Origin: Antechinus flavipes
Taxonomy: Eukaryota
Assembly (NCBI RefSeq): GCF_016432865.1
Contig: NC_067400.1
Coordinates: 578,026,001-578,090,000, forward strand
Reading direction: 5' to 3'
Length of the DNA stretch: 64,000 nt
Below, piece after piece: positions 1-11,400 of this stretch. The notes under the pieces are model-generated. The model was not told the DNA's origin. It worked only from the letters and a program-made list of their open reading frames with translations, and ran no database searches. A program made the position numbers and the translations under genes. Within the stretch, counting starts at the first letter, position 1. Every line of letters begins with the position of its first letter.

Positions 1-559
1 CTGCTCATCATTTTTTTACAGCATAGTAGTATTCCATCACAACCATATGCCACAACTTATTTAGCAGTTCCCCCAATTGATAGGCATCCCCTCAATTATT
101 CCAGTATCATTGCCAAGAAAACCCCAAATGAGATCACCGTCAGACATGACTAAATAACAACTAAAGTAGAAAGTTACAAATATATTTCCAAACTAAGAGC
201 ATAATTCTCCATTTTGGTCCTTGAGAAGAATGGGCTCAAACCTAAAACAATTGCTCTGAGACATTCCTTCCATCAAGTTCACCTCTGGGTGTAGCATAGT
301 TAGTGAGCACATCACTCCCTAACTTACAGGAAAAACAGCTATTGGATTGATTCACCACTAGGCAGGTCAAAGTAGATTACTCCTTCAAAATGGATTATAA
401 CCTGCCAGGGCCCGAGTTATACAACATATACTTGTAGAGGAATCCAGTCAGAATGATCGTGTGATTTTCTCCTGTTTCATTTAGCAGCACATGTATTGAA
501 AAGAAGAGCAGATAATGGAAATGATCCAAAGCTGAGACTTGGCAAGGCAAAATAAGGAG

Positions 560-1070
560 ATTAGGGACTCAGATGATCAGGACAGTGTAGAGTTGAATTG
601 GTTTGCCAAGAGAGCAAGCTGAGGAAAAGAGGAGAGAGTGGTTGGTACAAGGCAGATAACCTGGAGAAAATTGAGGGGTCAAGATATTGGAGGTCATGGT
701 ATGGATGGAGAGTAGAGCTTTGCAAGGGAAGGCAGAGAGGTAGGAAGCAATAGGTTACAGTCAAATAAAAGAGCTCTGGAATTCTTGATGTGGAAGTGAT
801 ACATTTGTGATGGCCAGAACAAGAGTATGCTCTTCATTGGATGTGGCTGAGGTGGCCATAGGAGTAGCTCATGGGAGGTGAGTGGTTCCAGTATTTGAGG
901 GAGCAACAGCTATAGTTAAGTCCCCTAGTATAAAGGCAGGAGTTGGAACTTATGACTGGAATATAGCTGCAAAGGAAAGGAATGTCTTTTTCAAAAGAAA
1001 CAATATAGATAAAAGGAAGTTTCAGTAATATTTTATGTGGATAAGATATTGTCATGTAAGGAAATCTAAC
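560..1070 (-). mobile_element. Old L2 LINE remnant (endonuclease region)
   Basis: Pyrimidine-rich on - strand, with frameshifted HT-L-L-type L2 endonuclease-like peptides. Confidence 0.5.
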
Positions 1071-1299
1071 CATCTAAGGACAAAGAAGTGGACAGAAAAG
1101 CAATACACTTACATAACTATAGCACACACATAAACAACTTGCTATTGTGTGTAGATGTTTCCTTGCCACTTTAGTGTAACTTTGCTTTAATTATAACGCA
1201 GGTTGTCACATCCCCAGGGTGCTGGTGAGCCAAACCAGACGCATCAGCAGAGATCCCTTGGACTGCAGGGTCTTATACCTCGCCTAGGGTTCACCACTT

Positions 1300-1870
1300 A
1301 TCTGTGACCCTCTACAAATGTCCACAGAAATCTCAGAATGAGATAAATTGGTCTCAAGCCCAAAGAGGCTTCTTAGAAATGCTCATAAAAGATTTCAAAA
1401 GGCAAATGAGAGAAGTAGAAGAAAAAATGAGAAAAGAAATAAAAGGTATGCATAAGACAATCAACAGTTTGGAAAGGGAAGGGAAAAAATTGAACTCCTT
1501 AAACAGTAGAATAAACCAAATGTAAAAAGAGATACAAAAGATAACTGAAGAAAATAACACATTAAAAACTAGAACAGGGCAAATGGAAGCTAATGACTTT
1601 GTGAAACAGAATCAATCAAACTAAAAAAAAAAAAAAATGAAAAAAATGGAAGAAAATGTGAAATACCTCATTGGTAAAAACAGCCAACTTGGAAAACAGA
1701 TCCAGAAGAGACAATTTAAACATCATTGGCCTACCTGAAGGCCATGAACAACAACAAAAAAGAGCTTGGATAGCATTCCACAAAAGATCATTAAGCAAAA
1801 ACTGCCTCAATACTCTAGAAGCTGAGGGGGAAATACTCACTGAAAGAATCAAATCTCAAGGATCATTGTT
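1300..1870 (+). mobile_element. L1 ORF1 fragment (degenerate)
   Basis: Coiled-coil-like EINWSQAQRGFLEMLIKDFKRQMREVEEKM and the ORF1p motif LENRSRRDNLNIIGLPE; broken by stops and frameshifts. Confidence 0.8.
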
Positions 1871-3919
1871 GTAAAATCATAATCTCAAGGGGAAAATACT
1901 GTAAACTATCTGAACAATTGAATTAATGTCCAACTTGACCAAGAGTACACTAGTGTGTCCCCCTTCCAGCCATAATTCTTTTCATCTTTTGTGACCTTTG
2001 TCGTTTTTTTGAGTGTGAGATGAAATCTCAGAGCTGTTCTGATCTGCACTTCTAATTATTAATTTGAACCACTAGTTAATAATTCATGGTTCTTTTAGGA
2101 TTGTTTATATCCTTTGTCTCCATTGAACAGCCTAGTTTTTTATATTTGTGTCAATTCCCTAAATCTTAACTGTCAAACTCAGCAATTTCACACAACAAAA
2201 ACAATCTGTTTCCTCTTTTGTGAAGTTAATACATTCTTTACTGACCTTAAAGATAATTTCATTCTTCTAAAGAGCAGAGGTGACAAGGGGACCCTGAGTC
2301 TGAGCCACAAAAAAGGATTAAGAAGATAAAGTAGAAATGATGGGAAACTCAACAAGAGGTAATGGCTTAATCTTGGCATTTCCTGATAAAGGAGGTAAAA
2401 GTCAGACCAAGTCTGATACTGTGGATGGGGTTTGTTTTTTTGAGAGCAGATTTTAGGTTCAGAGATAAGATAGGATCTCAGAGACCAAGAGTGGTGAAAA
2501 AGCCTAATAAAATTCTAAAGATACACAGAAATGGTACCACAAAGAACAGAGCAAGCTCCAAAAAGACTGAATACACAGGGAATCAACTTCGTGGTTACTT
2601 AGGGTAGTTTCCTTGATCAATTTGATGATCTTTCTTCTAGAGAGGTCTTAAACATTGCGGATGGGGGTGGGGATCAGCATCATGGACTTCTAAGGCAGTC
2701 TGGTAAAGCCTAAGGACCTCTGCTCAGAAGAATGTTTTTAAGAACATACAGCTAATGCAAAACTGTTTTGCATGACTTCCTATGCATAAGGGTACGTAAC
2801 AGAGTTTATAACATTTCTTGCCTTCTCAGCCAGTGTGCACATTTAGGGTTAGGGTTAGAAGGAATTTGAATCTGAAAAAAAAATGTAAATGCATATAATA
2901 AAAGCATTAATAAGGAGACCAATTTATGTTGAAATGCAGTTATCAAAATGTTATAAAAACTAATTTGTAGAATCTGGGTTATAGACCTACCCCTTAACCT
3001 TTGTCAAGATGACAAAGGGCCACCCAATATTAATTCTGTGTAGTTTCACGAAGATGAATGGGATGGTTTGGATCCTCCTAGGAGATGGGTTGTGGAAATG
3101 GGATTGTCACAAAATGGATTTGGTCAGCTAAGTTCAGGATAATGGGTTCATGCTAGAGGCGCTCCTAACTGTTAATATCTAAAAAAGTGAGCCAACAAAT
3201 TTGTTCCTCTTTTTTGAACCTCATTTTTATCCTTTCCCCTGGTACCTTTTTTTCCTAGTATAGTGGATTTTGGGGAAGAGTTGCTGACTGCTTCCTGACC
3301 AAGGAACTGTTTTTTCTCTCAAGATTTTCAGGTAGCATGATCCTTAGGGGTTGCTTTAGGAATAGCCTCAAATTCAGTGGTTCTTGAGCAATATTTTTTT
3401 TCTGGGAGATGGGGAAGAATTACCTACATAATCTTTGAAGCTGGACACCCAACATGGTAAGACAAAAGATTTGGAATTTGTCACTTCCCAGTACTATAGC
3501 AAGGTATTTAGATTCCAGCTACTTGAACTGTGGTTCACAACCCTATACAGGATTGTGAATGATATTGACTTATTAACATTAAATGTTAATATTTACACCT
3601 ATTTTATGTAGCTATATATAGGAGCATATAAAAATTTATTGGGAGAAAGAGGGTCATAAATGGAAAAAAATTTAAGAAGCCCTGATTTAGAAAATTCACC
3701 TTTGACGGTAAAGGGGATGCTCATCAAATAACTGCAATGTGTTTGCCTTTTGGGGTGTGGGGTTGTAATCACAGGAGGTTCTAGGAGGGTCCCTATAGAA
3801 CTCTGTGAAACAGCTAGAGTCACCAAAATGTCGAGTATGGGCCCACTCATAAACCTGCATTTCATGCTTATATGCTCCCTGTAGTGTTTTAGGAAGTCCG
3901 CAGGCCTTTGAACGCCTTG

Positions 3920-4105
3920 CAGGGGTCCTCAAACCATGGCCACGGGCCAGATGCGGCAGCTGAGGACGTTCATCCCCCTCACTCAGGGCTATGAAGTTTA
4001 TTTAAAGGCCCACAAAACAAAGTTTTTGCTTTTACTATAGTCCGGCCCTCCCACAGTCTGAGGGACAGGGAACTGGCCCCTATTTAAAAAGTTTGAGGAC
4101 CCCTG
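3920..4105. mobile_element. Non-autonomous hAT (OposCharlie1/OC1-type) MITE, 186 bp
   Basis: Perfect 15-bp terminal inverted repeats CAGGGGTCCTCAAAC...GTTTGAGGACCCCTG; internal sequence matches the recalled OC1 non-autonomous consensus; no clean 8-bp TSD seen. Confidence 0.8.
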
Positions 4106-5166
4106 CCTTATGGGGTTTGTTTCTTCTGTTTATGGGGCCCTTTGCACCATCCACACTGTTTGTGGAGGCTGTCCTATACCAGATATACATGTATTAACAT
4201 GAATGCTTATAGGAAATCAGAGACCACGGCCCCTCCTTCTTACCACTAATGTGTGTGGAAACTTAAGACATGAGCTCTAACCAGAGTAAACTCAAGGGGA
4301 ATAAAAGACTATGAACTTTGGGGATCTTTTGCCCCTCACCCCATCCGCATGATCACTAGTGTCTGAGGCAGAAGTTGAACTCGGATCTTTCCAATTTCAA
4401 ATCCTGCACCTACCCACAATAAGTTCAAAACTTTCTAACCCAGTAATCCCAAGTGATGGGCTTTCCCTTTGGAAATCTACAGGCCGCCTGACTCCTGTGT
4501 CCCTTGTGGGACACATTGGGCTCCCGAGGTCTCTTCTCCAAGCCTGAGGTTCTGTGATCTTGGGGTATCGGGCCCTGCTTCCTCTGGTTGTAGATCATCA
4601 GGCAGAGGAACGGGAGTAAATATTTTAATGCGTTGAAATGCAGCCATTCTAGAAAGTGAGGTACGCCTGTGCCAGCTGGGCAGGGCGGGGGGAGGGCTGA
4701 CCCCTGCGGCTGTCTCCATGACCAGAAGAGGGGCTCAGGTCCCTCGGCCCCTCTCCGTCCAAGCCCGTTACCGCCTCTGGGCTCTCTCATCTTCCTCCTT
4801 GGGTAACAAGAGGAGCTCTCCCACGACACGAGGCTCTCTCCCCCTCCTCGGACAATTCTGGCAGCATGTGGGGGCTCTGAGTGTAAGCAAATAGGCTGGA
4901 CCATTGGGGGGCGCGAGGGAGGGAGAAAAGGAGAAGGGGTTCAGCTGAGGTCTGTGAAGCAGGAAACAGACGTGTCATCGGCCCAGCAGCCTGGGGGTCA
5001 AGAAACTGGGGGCGGAGGCGGTGATGGCTTCTATTCAGACCCCAGTGAGGACCCTGCCCTGGACAAAGCTGGGCGGAGTGGGGGAGCTCAGAAGTCTGGT
5101 GGTAGGTAGATAATTCTACTTACTGAGGGGTTGGGAACTCCCTGGGTCAGAGACCCATCCCCAGAG

Positions 5167-5406
5167 TCAAAGGTCGGGGGGTCTTGGGCACAGGGGGTCA
5201 GGAGGCGGGTGCTCTTTGGAGTCACAAGCAGCACTGTCCGCAGGTTTAGAGGTGGAGGGACAGAGGGGGCCTTCGGCCCCAGCCCAGCCCCCAGGCCTGT
5301 CTGAGTACAGCTCCTGGTTTTTCTCTTTCCACCTCCGAAACTTCTCAGAAGTCAGTGTGGGGTCATTCAGCACCTCATCCAGGACCTGCAGCTCCTGGAG
5401 CTTTGC
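5167..5406 (-). CDS. CNKSR1: CNKSR1 coding exon 21 (coiled coil, stop)
   Basis: AKLQELQVLDEVLNDPTLTSEKFRRWKEKNQELYS...RPPDL*; 240 nt. Confidence 0.95.
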   Translation of the reverse strand, partial: AKLQELQVLDEVLNDPTLTSEKFRRWKEKNQELYSDRPGGWAGAEGPLCPSTSKPADSAACDSKEHPPPDPLCPRPPDL

Positions 5407-8400
5407 CTGGAGACCAAGGGGACAGGGAGCACAGGGGCTAAGCACTGGCATCCCCCCACCCCCCCAGCCCCCAATGTGGGGATTCTCCTTCCCCTCCTTT
5501 CCAAAACCACGGCCACGGCGAGGGCTGACCTTGAGCGTGCTCTGCAGACATCGCACGTGATGGGCCCGCTCGTTGAGCTGGGGGTCCCGGGCACGGCGCA
5601 GGAAGGAGCTGCGACACTGCTCCTGGGTCAAGAACTGTGGGCGGCCCAGCAGGGACACCCCTCCCTGTAGCAGGCCCCGCACCAGGTGCTCCAGGGCTCC
5701 GTCACTGCTGCTGTCTGAGGCGGGGGTACACAGGATGCAGGATCAGGTCCCTGGGGCCCGCCCGCCCCCACCCTGCCTCCAACCCCACCCCTTTAGCCCC
5801 TCCAGACAGTCCCCACGTCCCCCTCCCCCAAGCACCCAGCGCTCTCCGTTGTCCGGGGATACCTGTCAAAGGGCTGTGGGCCACCTGGGGGCTGCCTTGC
5901 GGGGGGGTGGCCGACGGGGAGGCTTCTCCATGGGGAGAGCTCCAGACTCCCCCAGGGCTGGGCTGAGAGAGGAAACAGGGTTAGGCCAGCCTTCTGGGAG
6001 GAGACCTCCCCCCGCACCCAGCCTGGACACTCACCGAGGCGGGCCGGGACCCTGCTTCCTCATCTGGATCTTCGGCTTCGGTTTCGCTGTAGCAGTCTGG
6101 GGGGGAGAGGAAGGGGCAGCGTGAGGCTCGGGGGGCTGGGGGCTCTGGGCTGCCCTTTCTTGTGTGATCCAGGGGAGGGCAGGGATGTGTGGGGAGGGGC
6201 CAGTTCCTCTCCGGAGAGGGGTCCCCCACTCTGGAGCTCAGGGAAGAAAAGGGCCAGTCCCTCGGAAGCCACCCTCACCTTCCTCTCTGGGCGCAGGCCC
6301 TCGGCTGTGGGACTGGTACTTGGAAATGCAGGTCACCAGGCGGCTCACCCACCTGCCAAAAAGGGAGGGGGGTCATGGGCAGAGGGGAGGGCAGGTGGGC
6401 AAGGGGGCACGAAGGGAGAACGTCAGCACAAAAGGGAGGGAAGGGGAGAGAATTGTTTCCCTCACTGAGTGGAGAGGGGAAGGGTTGAGAAAAGGGGGGA
6501 AGAAGGATGGCACAGAAACAGGGATGAGGGTGGCAATGGGGTGCAGATGGGAATGAGGAGGGAGCGCAAAGGAATAGCAATCAACTCCTCACATGCTCAA
6601 GTCAGCCAGGGTTTCTGCGGCGAAGATGAAAGGCTTGTACAAGTTATGGGTGAGCTGGAACACACTGGGGGACAGGGAGGAAGGACAAGGTCATTCCCAG
6701 AGCAGTTCCTGACCCAGAAACCCTGAAAGGCCATTATTCTCCCCAACACAGTAACACTTGCCAGTCTGAACCCCCATCTGCTCCCCAAGTGTGCCCCAAT
6801 TCCCCATCCCAAATCCGATCCCACTCTCCACCTCCTCTCCCAGGCTGACCCGAGCCTCCCACACGGCCCTCACTCACTATTTCTTCTTCTGGTCTCGGCC
6901 ACTCTCCAGGCTGTAGTTGGAGACATTGATGAGCCCTTCAGCCTTCTCGTCCTGGGGAACAGATTCAGGAAGGGACAAGACTCTGAGACCGCTCCCCTGA
7001 GGTGGGAGAATCCCCCCAGGGACCCCCAGGTTTGGAGCAGGGAGGAAGGGAGGGAGATGGTCAGGAAGGGAGGGCCTGTGCCCCAAGGAAGAGACAGAAG
7101 CATGGAGAAGAGAGCCGATGGGCAGAGGGGACTGAGCAGAGGCGGGCAGAAGGACAGACAGACACGCAGAGGAGGGCAGGGAACGCGCCTCCCAGAGGGC
7201 AGAGGGGCAGGGCAGGGGCGGGCAGAAGGACAGACAGAGGAGGGCAGGCAGGTGGGCAGAAGGGCTGAGCAGGGGCAGGCAGAAGGACAGACAGACAGAC
7301 AGAGGAGGGCAGGGAACGCACCTCCCAGAGGGCAGAGGGGCAGGGCAGGGGCGGGCAGAAGGACAGACAGACAGAGGAGGGCAGGCAGGTGGACAGAGGG
7401 TGAAGGCCCTGGCTGGGCCAGGCTGGGGCAGACACTGGGATGCCCTCAGGCCTGGGGCCTCCTGCGTCACTCCCCCGGAGCCTCACCTGAGGCTGTCGGT
7501 ACCAGTAGAGCGTGTGGCCCTTGAGCACCATCCAGCACCGGCGCCAGCGGGGGCCCATGAAGCCCCCGGGCGCCTTCCGAAGCAGCAGCCACCCGTCGCA
7601 GTCCGGCTGGCCCAGCTGCCGGCACGACACCCGCCTGCGGCTCAGCCGCGTCGCCACCCCTGTGGGGGACAAGGGTAGGAAAACCACGTCCTTCTCCGGC
7701 CCCTTCCCTCCGCTCTGCCCCAAACCCACGTTCCCAGGTCACGGGGGGAGGAGCATCAGAACAGAAAGGGACATTTCATTATCGTTCCTCAGTCTCGTCC
7801 GACGGTCCATGACCTCTCTGGGGTTTCCTTGGCAGGGTTACTGGAAGGGTTTGCCATTTCCTTCTCCAGCTCATTTGGCAGATGGGGAAACTGAGGCAGA
7901 CCGGATGAAGGTGTCTGAGGCTGAATTTAAACCAAGACCTCCCTGACTCCAGGCCTGGAGCTCGATGCACCATCGTGTCATTTAGCTGCCCTTAGACATC
8001 ACCGAGTCCAACTTCCCTCATTTTTACAGAAGAGAGAGGAATCAGAGAGGGCAAGGGGCTTACCCAAGAACACACAGCAAAGCTATACCCTTATGTCCCC
8101 CAGGCGTCCCCCACCTGATCCCTAATGTCTAACAGCCCAGGTACCTTTGGCTTTGGACTTCTTGGGGCTGCAGGAAGGACCCTGGGGGCACAAAAATCAA
8201 AAAAATCTTAAGACACCTTGGAGGTTCTCCAGACAGCACATGCCGGATGTGACCATCCAGCCTCTGACAAGGGCCTTTAGTGACAGGGGACCCTTGACCC
8301 TCTGGAGAAACCCATCCTACCCTTGGAGACCTTTAATAAGGTTTTCTCCTATTTGAGCAAAACTCTTTCCCTGCAGCTCCCCCCACACTGCCTTGGGGGG

Positions 8401-11400
8401 CTGAGGAGAATGAGCCCTGTCCCCCTTCAAAGGGCCCAGGAAAGCTGCCATCTCCTCTAAGTCCTCCCCAATCCTGCATCCAGCTGTCATCCCACCTCGC
8501 CCCGAGCCCGGCCCCATCCTAATTCTCAGCTTCTAGATTCATGTCTAGAACGGGGGAAGGGAGAAGGCCGGACCTGGGGGCTCCCCTCTGCTCCCAGCCT
8601 ACCTTGTCCGGGGGCTCCGGCGATCCGTGACCCGCAATTTCCCCCATGACTGGCTGGGCTGCTGGAGGGGGGTCTGGGGCGCTGGGGGAGCGGCGTGCCT
8701 CGTCAGAGCCCCAGCTAGTGCCACAGTCTGAAGGTGCGGTCGGGCCTAGGAAGACAGCAGCCTTCTCAACACATGCCAAGTTCTGGGCCCATGGAGAACC
8801 CGGCATGGAGGGATGTCTCGGAAGAGGCTTTGGGCTGAGAAGGAGCAGGGGACCCAGATGTTCTGGGCTATCTGTGCTGATAACAGTGCTCCTCTGGTGT
8901 GACCGGGCTGGCTGGGGCAAAGCAGTGGTCTCTGGTGGGGGGGGGGGGGGGGGGGAGGGCTGAGTGCCAGGGGACTTACTGAAGTGCTCAAGACAGATTT
9001 AAATAATGCTGAAATTGGAGGAACTGAAAAGAGCCTTAGATTATGGAACATTAGAGCTTAGAACCAGGATGTCAGAGCTGGGAGGGCCCTTAGAACCCAG
9101 GAGGTCAGAGCTGGGAGGGCCCTTAGAACCCGGGATGTCAGAGCTGGGAGGGCCCTTAGAACCCGGGATGTCAGAGCTGGGAGGGCCCTTAGAACCCGGG
9201 AGGTCAGAGCTGGGAGGGCCCTTAGAACCCGGGAGGTCAGAGCTGGGAGGGCCCTTAGAACCCAGGAGGTCAGAGCTGGGAGGGCCCTTAGAACCCAGGA
9301 TGTCGAGGTGGGAGGGCCCTTAGAACCCGGGAGGTCAGAGCTGGGAGGGCCCTTAGAACCCAGGATGTCGAGGTGGGAGGGCCCTTAGAACCCGGGATGT
9401 CAGAGCTGGGAGGGCCCTTAGAACCCGGGATGTCAGAGCTGGGAGGGCCCTTAGAACCCGGGAGTCAGAGCTGGGAGGGCCCTTAGAACCCGGGAGGTCA
9501 GAGCTGGGAGGGCCCTTAGAACCCGGGAGGTCAGAGCTGGGAGGGCCCTTAGAACCCGGGATGTCAGAGCTGGGAGGGCCGTTAGAACCCAGGAGGTCAG
9601 AGCTGGGAGGGCCCTTAGAACCCAGGAGGTCAGAGCTGGGAGGGCCCTTAGGACCCAGAGTTCTAGAACCTGATATACTCTTAGAATCCTGTTAGTTGAA
9701 ATAGAATATCAGGACTAAAAGTGACCTTGAAGATCATCTAATCCAAATACCAGAGGAAAAAAGTAGACCTTTGTTTTTCTCCTACTAAAGCCTAGAAAAA
9801 GGAAGGGACTGGTCAGGTTCCCACAGCTGGCCACAACAGAACCAGTATTAGAACCCCAAAATTCCCAACCCAGTATTCTTTCCCTGACCTCACATTACCT
9901 GCCTCGGAGGAGCTGGGGACTCTTGGTTCTGGACTCTGGTCAAAGGCGAAGGTAGAACCATTTTCTTCTGAGGCTCTGTAGAGAACAGAGATCGCAGGGA
10001 CAAAGCGGTCACCCCTCCCCACGTGCCATCCCCAAGCCACGACGCACTCTGCTGGGAGAGTCCGTTACCTTGGAGAGGGGGGCGCCGAGGCTGCTGATTG
10101 GTTCCTGGAGCTGGTGATTGGTTCCAAGGGGCTCTGAGGAATAAGTAGGGGGGAATCATGAGCGAGGCACAGGAGGAAGGAGAGCAGAGACGGGGAGGGG
10201 GAGGAACCCACCTGAGGGGCAGACTTGGGCACAGGAACAGTCTTCAGCATCAGTCTGAGCAGGGCGGGGTCCTGGAGCAGCAGCCTGTCCAAGCTGGCCC
10301 GGGGCCAGCCCACCTCAAGGACCAAGGCAGGGGAGACAGACTTAATTTGGGACACTTGGCCTGAGCTGGGCCTGGGGCAGTGGCTGCCCTGAATCACCCC
10401 CACTTCCATGCCCACCGGTCCCCTGACATACAGGTGAGAGGCTCCTGCTCCCTTCTGTCTTCTCCCTTCCTCTAGCTAACACCCAACTCCCTAACTCCCT
10501 CCCCAGGCTCCCCTACAGGTAGATCTGTATCCAGGTGTCCACCCCAGGTACGCCCCCGCCACCTGTCCCTCCAGTCCAAGGACACCAACAGAACAGGCAC
10601 TGAGCTTCTACATGTAGGAGGGGTCCTCAGAAGGGGTGGGATCCCCATTTCCAGACCTGGGTCCCACTCCCCCTTCTCTCCCCAGTCAACAACGGTCTAA
10701 AGATGTCATTCCTTCCCTTCCGGGGACTCACCACCACCTGCCCGTTGACCTGAACGATCTCGTCTCCCAGCAAGATCTGGGAACAGCCGTCGGCAGGAGA
10801 CTGGAGGGCAGAGGGAGAGGGGAGGGGGTTGGGGAGGGGCAACTGAACTCCCCTCCCCTCCCCCCCCCCTCGGAGCCTCGATTGGCCGGAGCAGCTGCCG
10901 GGCCGGGAGGGCGGGAGGAACTTGCAGACAGGGATTAGAGGCAACATTCCTCCCCGGGGTGGAAGGATGGGGTGGACAGGACGAGGAGGCTCTTACCTCT
11001 GGGGCCGTTCCAGACACAAAGTGGTGGCAGCTGCTGGTGCTGAGGATTTCCAGGCCCTGGACAAACAGACACAGCCAGACACACAGGCCCGGGCTCCGTG
11101 AGGATGGGGAAGCGAGAAGCCGCAAGGAGCCTCCAGTCACAGGGCCTTACCCTGGGTGAGTCAGGCACTGGCTACCATGCCAGGAATGCAAAGTGGGGCA
11201 ACAGCTTCCAAGGAGTCGGGGGGAGGGCCCTTAGAACCCGGGAGGTCAGAGCTGGGAGGGGGGGAGGGGGGGAGAGACTCAAAGTCTAGTCCCAGCTCTT
11301 TCAAAATTAACTGTGTAATCTTGGGGAAATCATTTAGCTGACCTGGGGTTCAGTTTTGTTCTCTAAAAAAAGGAGAATGGTTTAGGGTATGAAGCAGCTA

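Noticed and set aside
3240-3345. Possible CATSPER4 first exon (MLPENLERKK...SPKSTI...G|gt)
   Set aside because: Only a 3-4 residue resemblance, and no downstream CATSPER4 exons were found in the window.
9006-9323. SELGGPLEP-repeat ORFs (also 15185-15696)
   Set aside because: By-product of a 33-nt unit without stop codons; intronic, with frameshifting units and no splice context.
9057-9658. 33-bp repeat arrays as a CRISPR-like array
   Set aside because: Units are head-to-tail with no unique spacers, there are no cas genes, and the context is a mammalian intron.
10711-10731. Human-type +7-aa alternative donor after CNKSR1 exon 8
   Set aside because: No GT at +21 nt in this sequence, so that isoform cannot be made the same way.
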